DNA of 63,925 nucleotides, filler included, from Octopus bimaculoides (Eukaryota): assembly GCF_001194135.2 (NCBI RefSeq). It is 7 parts of 6 records of this genome, joined end to end, with 100 filler letters (N's around TTAATTAATTAA, not from the genome) between each part and the next. Parts side by side here need not be neighbours in the genome. Positions count along the whole stretch, not along the records: positions 1 to 15,123 come from NC_068999.1; positions 15,224 to 27,723 come from NC_068988.1; 5 more parts are not named here. One strand, 5' to 3'. A program made the translations under genes and the position numbers. Below the pieces are notes generated by a model that saw only the letters and a program-made list of their open reading frames with translations, was not told the DNA's origin and ran no database searches. Positions 11,853 to 23,781 of this stretch are shown piece by piece (the first letter of the stretch is position 1; each line of letters starts with the position of its first letter).

Positions 11853-13399
11853 AGCAAATCAAATATTAGGAATGATAAAGCATACTTGCCAAAATGTAGA
11901 AAAAAAATTAAGATTCTATACGAAGGAAATGTACGACCGCACTCAGACACTTGCCTCTGAAAGGATATAGAAGTTACTGAAAGAGTCCGGAAAAAGAGCA
12001 ATGAAGCTGCTGTAAAGTATTTATAGCTTACAACAATGAAAGACATAAAGTCGTAATAGTTACAACTTTAAAGAAGAGAAAGTAAAGATGAGACATGACA
12101 GAAGCATTTAATGCACTACTCCAGTCGTTTCTATTGCAAATTAAAGACGAGCTGGAGAGCTGAAGAGATCAGCGACAGCCTCTGCTGAGTGGCAGACAGA
12201 GACGGGGTATAGAAGGAGAGACAGATATGGACCTTGCTTGGGAGAAGTCTAACGATAGGCTTGCGATCGTGTTGAGTAGATATTTCTCGTCATTCGATGT
12301 TGCATGGGCAACAGGGGGAACAAAAACTCAGGCGTTATTTCAAAGGAATGAAAATGTAAGAAGAGGTCACAGCTACAACTGTAGCAGCATCGACATGATC
12401 GACAGCATAATCAACAACAACAGGAACGGCAGTGCCAACAACAACTACAACAACAATAGCAACATCATCAGGTACGATATCAACAGCAGCAACAACTACA
12501 AGAACCATAGCAGCAACGACAGCAATAATAACTATGAGTGTATGAAGTAGTTTACCAGGTCATATCGTAAGCAAATGACTCTAAAAATAAATATTTCTTA
12601 AACATAGCCGTCACTTGCAAGTAAGTGTAATTTGAAAACATATACTATGACTTCGATAATTATTTTAGGAATGTATGTAGTCAGGAGTAGACATAGTTTC
12701 TCTACCCCTCACTTTGACACAGAGGAACAGCAGCAGCACTCGTGTGGTACTTATTTCAGCTAAGGGGACTGGAACAACATGAAATGTAATGCCCTCTCCC
12801 CGGTGGTGTTTACTACATCATCTAGTAAGTGTAAATAACTTTGAGCTCTTCTTACATTTTCATTTTCTCTGAAATTGTATCTTAAGCCATTGTTTCTCCT
12901 ACTTCCCGCAGAGCATCGGGAGACGAGAGATCTCCACCCAGCACAGTTGCAAACCTAGTTGTGAGCTTATTATTCACAAACCAGGGCAATATCTGCGAAG
13001 TCTCCTTCGTCACTCACTCAAAGGGACAATGCACAACATAAGATTCGTCTTCTTCAGTATACGAGTACGGGATAAAATGCCTTACTGACATTCGTCTCAA
13101 ATTACTTCGCTTTGAGTTCAAGTGCTGCCGACGTCAACATTGTCTTTTGTTCTTTCGGGATTGATAAAAGATGGTGCCAGCTCAGGACTGCATTTCACTG
13201 AAATGTTGGAAATGATGCCGTGAGGTATTTGTTCAGGGATTTTGCGCTCTAAGTTCTTGTATGGAAAGGAGTAGACTTGATCCTAGTTTAATGTCACCAT
13301 TTGGTCAACGGATGACTTTAGTGGAGTTCACTCTGTTGTAAGCATTTGAACCACGGCTCATGTTTGAGGATAAATTACTATTTTCCTCATGCTAGTTTC

Positions 13400-13600
13400 A
13401 GAAGTACTGAGAAAAATTAAGGCACATCAGGGCTGCCCTTCCTGGACCCTGCTCTATTTAACATTATCGCAAAACAAATCAAAGAAGAAAAATCTCATCT
13501 CCGCCAAACGAAACCTGGACATATTTCTTCAAGGGATACCAGATAAGCCACCAATACCCGGATACATCTCGGTCAGCAACAACTCCCTACTTAAATGAGC
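13400..13600 (+). mobile_element. CR1-type LINE 3' end fragment
   Basis: GPALFNI...KRNLDIFLQGIPDKPPIPGY...NNSL, typical of CR1-type C-termini; compare 57245-57880. Confidence 0.6.
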
Positions 13601-13706
13601 CATGATACACATACACACACGCACACATGCACTCACATGCAAGTATATACATACACACACGCACACATGCACTCACATACATGCATATACATACAAACGC
13701 ACGCAA

Positions 13707-13751
<45 letters not shown>

Positions 13752-13762
13752 NNNNNNNNNNA

Positions 13763-13800
<38 letters not shown>

Positions 13801-14019
13801 ACAAGCCAACGCAGAGTCTCGATGTGGTCGTGTCACTTGTTAGAAAGTTTGGCTATTTTTACTATTTGTAAATAAGGGAAATGGAGTCCTACATACAATT
13901 AAAAAGTCGGAATGGTCATGGTTGGAATACATTTTATTATAGATCTGCTAGATCAGGATTCATGAACGATAAATAACAACACGTATTCGTATGATAGTTA
14001 ACTGATATCAGATCTCCAG

Positions 14020-14155
14020 AGAATGCAAAGCGGCGAGCTTGTAGAATCGCTACCGCGCCGGATAAATTGCTTAGTGACATTTCTTCCGGTTCTTTACGTT
14101 CTGAGTTCAAACGCTGCTGAGATCGATTTGGCCCTTCATCCTCTAAAGGTCGATA
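14020..14155 (+). mobile_element. SINE family A, 5' part
   Basis: gcggcgagcttgtagaatcg...ttacgttctgagttcaaac...tttggcccttcatcc. Confidence 0.75.
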
Positions 14156-14277
14156 CACGTATGTACGTCAGTGATTTCCGTTGTCCTTGGTTCCAAAGCC
14201 TTGAGAGAGTTACCATTTTTAACCGTTTTGCTTGACTATCTGATGTCGCGTAATAATTCTTTCTACTGGAAGCACAG

Positions 14278-14657
14278 TGGAGGCGCAATGGCTCAGTGGT
14301 TAGGGCAGCGGACACGCGGTCATAGGATCGCGGTTTCGATTCCCAGACCTGGCATTGTGAGTGTTTATTGAGCGAAAACACCTAAAGCTCCACGAGGCTC
14401 CGGCAGGGAATGGTGGCGAACCCTGCTGTACTCTTTCACCACAACTTTCTCTCAATCATACTTCCTGTTTCTGTTGTGCCTGTAATTCAAAGGGCCAGCC
14501 TTGTCACACTGTGTCACGCTGAATATCTCTGAGAACTACGTTAAGGGTACACGTGTCTGTGGAGTGCTCAGCCACTTGCACGTTAATTTCACGAGCAGGC
14601 TGTTCCGTTGATCGGATCAAGTCGAACCCTCGACGTCGTAAGCGACGGAGTGCCAAC
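14278..14657 (+). mobile_element. tRNA-derived SINE family E, full length
   Basis: A box tggctcagtgg, B box ggtttcgattcc; colinear over about 370 nt with 28176-28546. Confidence 0.88.
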
Positions 14658-14659
14658 TG

Positions 14660-14802
14660 GGAGCACAAGGCCACAAATTTGGTGGGAAGGGATTAAGTCG
14701 ATTTCATCGACTCCAGTGCATAATTGGTGCTTATCTAATCAATCCAGAAAGGATGAGAGGCAAAATCGCCCGGCGTGCTAACGATAATGCCAGCTCGCCG
14801 CT
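14660..14802 (-). mobile_element. SINE family A, internally deleted
   Basis: gggattaagtcgat...gaaaggatgagaggcaaa...gccagctcgccg. Confidence 0.7.
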
Positions 14803-15123
14803 TTTCTGATATCGCGTAATAATAATTCATCAATATACGTCTAACCTACAAGTTATACACCTCTACTCCTCTAAAATACCCTGAATAGATCCCTCATGTC
14901 TTGGATCGATGTTGATTCTTTTGCTGTTTAACTACCAATGATCCTCTCAGTTCTCTTACGTGCTGGAGCCATAATTAAATGTAACTTCAAATTAAATAAG
15001 CAAGGGGAATTCCTCAAAATTTCGGTCTTGCTACTAAAAAGTGTAGTGTAAATAATGCATGTAAATACACGGGATATGCAACGCCAGAAACGTGAATTTT
15101 ATGTTCCTGCTGCGTAACTTAAC

Positions 15124-15223
15124 NNNNNNNNNNNNNNNNNNNNNNNNNNNNNNNNNNNNNNNNNNNNTTAATTAATTAANNNNNNNNNNNNNNNNNNNNN
15201 NNNNNNNNNNNNNNNNNNNNNNN
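15124..15223. other. Artificial scaffold spacer N44-TTAATTAATTAA-N44 (also 27724-27823, 50599-50698, 56987-57086, 60778-60877, 62380-62479)
   Basis: Six identical 100-bp constructs with a 12-mer that has stop codons in all six frames. Confidence 0.95.
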
Positions 15224-16831
15224 ATATATATATAGCCACACATACCACACATACACTACACACACTACACACACACACACACACACTCACATATGCATTT
15301 ACACGTATACATGCATATATACGCACATCTATATACACTTGGGTTGATGTTTCCAAAGATCTATGACTTTTATTCCCTCGAAGTGTGTAGAGAATACCAT
15401 GTCGACAGATAAGCAGATTACAATCATTATTTTATGAGGCGTTCGAGCGTATGAGTATGTTATAGGAGTAAAGATATTTGATTTATAATCGAGGGAATTG
15501 TATTGACAGAAAGAAATGTTTTGTAAAACGAATAAGCTTTAAAACGTTTGAATTACAAATGGAAAATTTATAATGATGATTAGGTTTTGCTCAGCACATC
15601 ACTTGCAAAGAATATTTCTGCCAAAATTTGAACTTTCGTATGCCTATGCTTGCATTTGTTTCACAGTTCCCTGTCAGAATGATGAATGTTCATGGATTAA
15701 AAAATCTGTAAAATCTTGATGATTGGTGTGTATCGGTGATTGACAACTTACTCATTGCATGTGATCGTATAGATTCACTCAGGAGATTTTAATGTTCTCA
15801 TGTGTATTGATAATAAATGAAGAGATTTCACTGATTAACTAACGCGTTCTTTATTTTTTTTTATTCCGATACTAAACTGTAACATGAATCGAAGATGACA
15901 TATTTTGTGGGGTTGTTAACAATGATTAAATCGGCTCTGTAAATGATATTTTATTTTACCGTGTCCTCTTTGGAGTTTAAGCTATTTTTGTTTTTGGATA
16001 GAATGGTAATAGAATGTATGTTTGTAACTAAATGCTGCAAGAGATTTTAAAAGATCAGCTATATATACTGCTAATCTATCAACATTTTGTCCAACCTTCT
16101 ACCAATTGTGGCAATTCATCAAAATATTTTGGCAAACATTCTACCGAAATTCTCATCCCATCATAGATAAGAAGCCGAATTCTAAGGATAGTGTTGCAAA
16201 AAGATATCGAAATAGTTTTGAGTAGTTTCCTTCCCTCTATGCACTACAGGAAATGAATTAACTTCGGTCAACTAAAGAAATACTTGTCACAGTTTCAGTT
16301 TTGTAAGTCATGCAATTGCTTACCGGATCCCTTATTGAAACAGATTTTGCATCTGAGTGTGTATAACTGCTGCTGCAAAACGCAAAATCNNNNNNNNNNN
16401 NNNNNNNNNNNNNNNNNNNNNNNNNNNNNNNNNNNNNNNNNNNNNNNNNNNNNNNNNNNNNNNNNNNNNNNNNNNNNNNNNNNNNNNNNNNNNNNNNNNN
16501 NNNNNNNNNNNNNNNNNNNNNNNNNNNNNNNNNNNNNNNNNNNNNNNNNNNNNNNNNNNNNNNNNNNNNNNNNNNNNNNNNNNNNNNNNNNNNNNNNNNN
16601 NNNNNNNNNNNNNNNNNNNNNNNNNNNNNNNNNNNNNNNNNNNNNNNNNNNNNNNNNNNNNNNNNNNNNNNNNNNNNNNNNNNNNNNNNNNNNNNNNNNN
16701 NNNNNNNNNNNNNNNNNNNNNNNNNNNNNNNNNNNNNNNNNNNNNNNNNNNNNNNNNNNNNNNNNNNNNNNNNNNNNNNNNNNNNNNNNNNNNNNNNNNN
16801 NNNNNNNNNNNNNNNNNNNNNNNNNNNNNNN

Positions 16832-16871
<40 letters not shown>

Positions 16872-16922
16872 GTGCATGAATACGTGCTTGTTTTTATATA
16901 TATATATATATATATATATTTA

Positions 16923-17133
16923 AATACAGTGTACATTTAAAGACATAAGAGATAACCATCATAGTATTCCCTCACGCTAGAAAGAACACCTAAGTTCCAA
17001 ACCACAAGTAGGGATAACATTTCGAAATAAAAATAAAGACATTCCTAATAGTGGTTTGGAACCTAGCTGTTCTTTCTAGCTTTAGGGAATCCTATGATGG
17101 ATACATTTTATGTGTTTAAATGTACACTGTATT
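16923..17133. repeat. Palindromic element with ~85-bp arms
   Basis: aatacagtgtacatttaaa...ccatcatag...gctagaaagaaca...gttccaaaccac is mirrored at 17051-17133. Confidence 0.88.
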
Positions 17134-17689
17134 GTCTTTGATCTAAACTGAATGGAAGTGTTATCATGGATATTGATTTGTCTTAGTATAAAAGTTCCGC
17201 TCCAGGAAATATTCTACTCAATACCACAGATTTGTTTGTCACTTGTTCAATCTTATACAATTCAGCATGTCTTTTGGTGGCTGAAGATATGTGCATCTGT
17301 GATCATTAGCAGAAGCAATGATGGAGCAACATAGCCATGTGCTGAGAGCAATTGTTTGGTGTTTGAATAATTCACGTCTTGAAATATGGGTGTTTTGTTC
17401 AGCATCCTCAAACAACTCTTATTCAAGGACCACTTGAGCGGGTTGGGGTGCTCGAATTGGGGGGGGGGAGACCTAACTGAGCCCCACCTACAAGGTCATA
17501 TGCTGTTTATGGTGATATGAGATCACCATGTTGCACACACATGGTTGTGATTCACGTGCCTGGTGTATCCTTATCAAACGGGTAATCAGGATGCGTTTAC
17601 TGGGTTTCGTATATTTTACCCCAGTGTCACTTTGATGGCATACACTGCTCTCTCACTCAATAATAATAATAATAATAATAATAATAATC

Positions 17690-19856
17690 GGCAAAAAGAA
17701 AATGAGCAAATGCAAGGCCCCGGGACCAAATGGAGTTCAAGGCTACTGGATCAAAAGATTTATTGAATGTCATGCACGAATAGCTGCACAACTCAACACC
17801 TTGTTAAATGCCGACCAAGTTACACCAGGGTGTTTGACATTGGATAGGAGAGTGCTGTACTTGAAAAACATCGAAAAAGGCAATACGGTAGACAGTTGGA
17901 AGCGGATATCCTGTTTGCCACTTATATGGAAATAATTGACTGGAATACTCGCAGAGTCAATGTACGAACATCTGGAAAAAATGGAGTCCTGTCACATGAG
18001 CAGAACGGTTGCAAGCGTAAGTGCAGATGTAAGAACGATCCACTGCTGATAGACAAAACTGTACTTAGAGACTGCAAGAGGAAGAAAAATAAATTAACCA
18101 TGCCATGGATCGACTATCGGAAGGCGTACGATATGATCACCCACTCTTGGATAATGGAATGTAGGAACCAATTTGGTATTGCATCGAATGTTGAGCGATT
18201 GCTTGGAAAAAGTATGGCGAATTGGAGGACGGACCTTACAGCATACGGAAGAAGTTTAGGGACAGTAGAAATCAGGAGGGGCATCTTCCAACGGGACTGC
18301 CTGTCCCCACTGATCTTTGTACTGTGCTTAATATCACTGGGGATGTAATCAAAAGCTGCCAACAAAAAGTAAACCATTTGTTATTCATGAATGATCTAAC
18401 ACTTCATGGTAAAGATGAAGCCCAAGTCAGTTCCCTCGTCGATACGGTGTATACTATCTCTGCTGATATCGGAATGGAGTTCGGACTGAGAAAGTGTGGT
18501 GTGTTAGTCTTGAAGAGAGGAAAAATCAAACGTATGGACGAGCTATAGATATCGTCGGGGGAGGTTATGAAGCAGATAGAAGACATGGCTTATAAGTACT
18601 TGCTGATTGTGGAAATGTATAGATTGATGGAGAAAGAAATGACAAAAATTCAAGTACTTGCGCAGACTGAGACTGATCCTTAAGTCGAAATTAAACGGAC
18701 GGAATAAGATTGAAGATATCAATATGGAGCAGGGGTAATTGCATGGACAGTAGACGAACTAAACAGCTTACACAGAAAGACAAAGACGCTGCTAACTAGA
18801 TATGGGACACTCCAGCAGAAAAGTGACATAGACAGACTGTATGTACCAAAGAAAAAGAGGGGTAAGAGGACTTATTGGGATGCGAACACAGCATTAGAGC
18901 AGAAGAAAACAACATAGCATGGTACGTAAAAATTGCCACTAAACCGCTATTATTAGAAATAAGAAGGTCACTCCTGTGTAGGATGAATGATTGCAAAGAT
19001 AAAGCACTCTACAAGCAATTGAAACGAATGAAACTGAAAATAAGTGGGTACAGACAAAATGCATGGTGAGAGAAAAAAGATGGCTGTGGAATACTAAAAG
19101 TGATTTAAAACTGGAAACGGAAGCTCTAGTCTGTGTCGCCCAAGAGCAAGAACTAAGAACACACTACATGAAATACAGAATAGACAACGCATCAGAAAGT
19201 GATAAGTGCAGAATTGTGGACAAAACGGTGAAACCGTATGGCATATTACCAGGCCAATGTACGCCACTAGCCCAGAAGGAATATAAGAGACGCCACGACA
19301 ATATAGCAGAGGCTTGTCCATTGGACACTTTGCAACAAATATGGACTTAACAGAACAAAAAAATTGGTACGACTACAATCCCGAAGGCATCATCGAAAAT
19401 GATAATGCAAAGATCCTGTGGTATTTTATGACTCAGTGCGACCAAGAGATAGAGAATAGGGGGCCAGACATATTCTTAATTGAGAAAGAAGGCAAACTAT
19501 GCCGGATAATAGATATAGCATGCCAAGCTAACAACGAGGTATGCGATAATAAGGAAATAGAAATCGATAGGCATGACAAATTAACTTGGGAGGTTAAGCA
19601 GTTGCGGTCGATGATAAAGGTGGTAGTAGAACCAATACTTGCCGGAGCCCTGGGAACAGTGAGTAAAAATCTTGCGAAGTACATTGAACAAATAGGGGCT
19701 GCAATAAGGTTGGGGCTCTTGCAGAAAACAGCACTGCTTGGAACCGCTCGAATACTCCGGAAAGTGCTCGAAAAATGAGTGGTGTTGCCTTAGTTCACTG
19801 GTAGTGAACAGCTGACACCGTAGTACATCTCCAACGTTAGAAGCTGTGCAAAGTGC

Positions 19857-19860
<4 letters not shown>
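17690..19860 (+). mobile_element. R4/Dong-type (RLE) non-LTR retrotransposon, 5'-truncated and pseudogenised, between (TAA)n tracts
   Basis: RT motifs KAPGPNG, WIDYRKAYD, GIFQRDCLSPLIF, FMNDL, YKYL; zinc-knuckle region ...LAQKEYKRRHDNIA; REL motif RGPDIFLIEK...IIDIAC; end KTALLGTARILRKVLE. Multiple stops and frameshifts. TAA tracts at 17660-17688 and 19857-20074. Confidence 0.92.
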
Positions 19861-19922
<62 letters not shown>

Positions 19923-19936
19923 GTAANNNNNNNNNN

Positions 19937-20002
<66 letters not shown>

Positions 20003-20005
20003 GTA

Positions 20006-20074
<69 letters not shown>
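19857..20074. repeat. (TAA)n microsatellite containing a 10-N gap
   Basis: Direct reading. Confidence 0.95.
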
Positions 20075-20075
<1 letters not shown>

Positions 20076-20619
20076 GGGCATGTACAAGCGAGCTCCGTAA
20101 GAATTTGGATTAAATCTGTGAACATCGGCAAACAAGATTTAAGAAGCAGTAAAATATGAAAGAAAATTGCTTTTTAACGTAAAACATTTCAGGACGCCGA
20201 AATAGTTTTCTCATATACGAAACATAGTAGCTGTCAGTCACGTTATCACAGAAAGACAAGTGTGTGAGAATGTAAACAACACGCAGAGATGCGATTTGCC
20301 TATACAAGATTTGAAGCAATACTCGAGAATGCGATGTCGCTATAGAAAAAATAAATCTGCGAGTACAAACAATAATCGTATATGCGGTATCATTTCTACA
20401 TGAATTTACATAAATATAATGTTCATATGATTCGCACATGCATCCGTACATTTAGTACATAAACAAGACAATGAAGAACACACAGTGTTTAAACAAATTA
20501 AACGAGAGAAATAGTAATAACAATAAATATAAAATGCAACACCTCTTATTTTAAGTAGAGTGAAAAAACAGATACGTGTGGTAATAAAACTTCGAAAGCA
20601 AATAAAGGCGAATTTTTAT

Positions 20620-22560
20620 TTATGTGCTTGTTGTGCTCAAAATACGAAATCAAAAATAGAATATAACCAGAGACGGTGCTCTGCCAAAGAGTTAACTCTG
20701 AACAGGGAGACCCTTCTCCTAATGTCACTGCCCAAGCGAAAAAAAAAACCAAAAAAAAATACAAAAACACCAAAAGAGAACGGTGGACGGATGACGACTA
20801 CATTGAAGTGCAATGTGCATTCTACACTGCAACACCATACCCGGAAAAGACAGGGATGACAAAAGACGCATACAAAATATGGAGAATAAATACTGATAGA
20901 AGAGGAAATGTCTCGGAGAATTATGTTGCGAATATCCGGTGATATATCCTGCGAGAGAGAAAAGTGCCGCAAACCGAAATAGACAAACTAATAGATAAAA
21001 TACAGACGGAAAATGAAACAAAACACTTCAAAATAATCAGGCAAAAACAGCACATTAGACGTTATATCTCCGAAAACGCATAAGACACCACAAAAGAAAG
21101 AGGGGAATACAACAGAGTTAACACTTCAAGCAGTAAATAAAAGGCTAAACCAAAATAAAATATCTACACAAGTATCCGACCTAGAAATAAATAGAACAGC
21201 ACAGCAAATCAACAACACACATAGACAGGCGAATACTGAAGCACAAACAACAAACAAAATAACACACACCATAACAGACCAGCTATAACCGAGAACACAG
21301 ACGCACCGATTGAAGAAATAGAAGAATTAAACCTCACACAGTCGATAAATATGGACCAGCATAAACGTCTCCCCATGCTACACAAACTTTAATAGCTCAG
21401 TGAAAGGATAAATAGATACAATAGAGCCTTCAAGTAACAATGACCATAGGAAAAGATACTCTAGATATCAACAAACTAAATGACTTGATCTCCTCAACAG
21501 CTGTAGTGATGTCCAGGGAAACTGGACTTGGCCCAAGAAAGAAAAAGAAAAAATCCCAGCCAAATATCAAACTCCAAAATGGAAGCAGATCATAATATAT
21601 AAAATTCAAAAACAAAAGAAAGACTTATCACTACTTTGTGAATTAGAGAAAACAGGATCAAATATGAAAAATAAAAAGAGGCCCATATAACAAAACAATA
21701 CGACATAAAAACTAAATAAGATACCAGAGAGGTAAGACAAAAAGAGTAAACAGGTCATAGCAGCAAAAACTTGCCTCATAAAACGGTATAAAAAACGGGG
21801 ACGCTTCTTCCAACAAAATAAACACAAAAAGTTTTTATACAAAGTTAAACAAAAAAATGATATCAATAGATGCCATACCAATAGCATCAGCAATTCAGTC
21901 ATACTGGGAAGCATTATGGAGCAAACCAGAAAGACATAACGAAATTGCTCAGTGGATTTGTAGGGAAAAGTAAAAGAAGAACGAAATAGAGCAACAATTG
22001 AGGTCATAGATACAGTGAAATAGAGGTCATAGATACAGTGAGCAGAACCAGCGACTAGATAATCCCAGGGAAAGACAAGGCTCCCAACTTCTGGTAGAAA
22101 TACCTTACCAGTACCCATAACCAATTAGCGGCAGAGTTCAAGTTATTGGTAAGTTAGCTAGAATCAACACCAAACTGGATACTTGAAGGGCGAACAAAAA
22201 CACCGTATACCCACAAAATTACAGACTAATAACATACCAATCAACATCCTACAAAACCCTAACATCAGTCATCTATAACGGTTTATAAAGCAACTGGAAA
22301 ATAACGTCTTATAAGAAGAACAAAAAGGGTGCCGAAGAGGGATGTAAGAAGCAACTCTTGGTAATCCGAGCAATTGTAGAGGACTGTAAGAGGAGAAATA
22401 CAAGCCTGATCATGACTTGGATTGATTACCAGGAAGCATTCAACAGTGATCCACACACATGGAATATCTCCACGCAAATAATGTAGCCCCATCACTACTA
22501 AAATATATGAAACATGCAATGGCAAACTGGGAAACTACTATAACGTTAAAAATCGAGTCA
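20620..22560 (+). mobile_element. Second R4/Dong-type element, N-terminal region to mid-RT, heavily decayed
   Basis: ERWTDDDYIEV.CAFY (N-terminal R4-type motif), PGKDKAPNFW, NYRLIT, EQKGCRRGCKKQLL, WIDYQEAFNS; followed by (TAA/TAG)n at 22612-22710. Confidence 0.75.
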
Positions 22561-22653
22561 TAAGTGATGCAGTAGAATTTTGCCTCAATCTTTCAAATAT
22601 TGAAGAGTTATATAATGATAATAATAATAATAATAATAATAGTAGTAGTAGTA

Positions 22654-22708
<55 letters not shown>

Positions 22709-22777
22709 TAAAAAATTGAATATGATATAAATAGTGCGTGTGTCTATTGCCGAAAAGGTGGCCATCCTCAAAGATGA

Positions 22778-22945
22778 TAGGCGTGGCTGTGTGGTAGATG
22801 AATGACTTCCTAATCACATGGTTCTGGGTGCGGTGCTACTGCGTGGGACCTTGGTCAATTATCTTCTATTATAGTCACTGGCCGAACAAAGCCTTGTGAG
22901 TGGATTTAGCAGACGGAAACAGAAATAAGCCCGTCGTGTATATGT
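22778..22945 (+). mobile_element. SINE family D
   Basis: ggcgtggctgtgtggtag...ccttgtgagtggattt..agacggaaac.gaa..aagcccgtcg. Confidence 0.7.
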
Positions 22946-23737
22946 GTGTGTGTGTATGTGTGTATGTGTGTGTGTGTGTGTGCGTGCGTGTGGGTGTGGG
23001 TGTGGGTGTGAGTTTGTGTCATTGTTTTCCCCCACCACTATCGCTCGACAACCAGTTTTCGTGTGTTTACATCCCCGTACCATAGTGATACACCAAAAGA
23101 TATTGAAAGAATTAGTTTTGGGCTTTGAAAAAGGACTGAGGTCAATTCGTCTGACTAAAGCGCCGAATACGTTTTTATTTTGAAATCCAATAATACTAGT
23201 TCATATTAACTTCTATATCATTATCATTCAATCCCGCTTATTCTAGTCCGACACATTAATGGGGTTCACTTTCTTAGCTACTAAGATTCGGGTAATGCCT
23301 CTTTTAAATTTTCCTCTGAAGATTTAATTTTCCTCTACCTGATAAACCTAATTTGTGTACAAAATTTTACCATCTCTACTATTCCAATGTATGTTCACCA
23401 ATGTTCTCTATCTTATTATATACTTGAATTTGATCCTCCTCATCTTTTTAAACATCTCTGAATTTTTGTCGCCTTTACATATCAACCCGTTTCGTTTCTA
23501 TCTATATTTTGACTTCTATCTCCTCTCCATCTTCTTTTTTTATCGTTCCTCTCTTCCTTTTCCTTTCTACTTTATAGCGTGTTCTGTATGACAATCATGA
23601 AAACAACTATTTATGGGGCAATATTTTGCTTACTATTTATATTTCGAAACAACGATTGAAAAGGAGATTATGAATAGGTTATCTTGCATAATCAGTAGAA
23701 TTACCTTTATGTAAACAAGGATACACACAGACACCTG

Positions 23738-23781
<44 letters not shown>

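Noticed and set aside
12227-12550. 107-aa N/S-rich ORF
   Set aside because: Dominated by degenerate (CAA/CAG)n with no domain or splice support.
15168-15179. Repeated TTAATTAATTAA motif, six copies
   Set aside because: Always centred in exactly 44 N + 12 + 44 N and has stops in all six frames. It is an assembly spacer, not biology, and order across these joins is uncertain.
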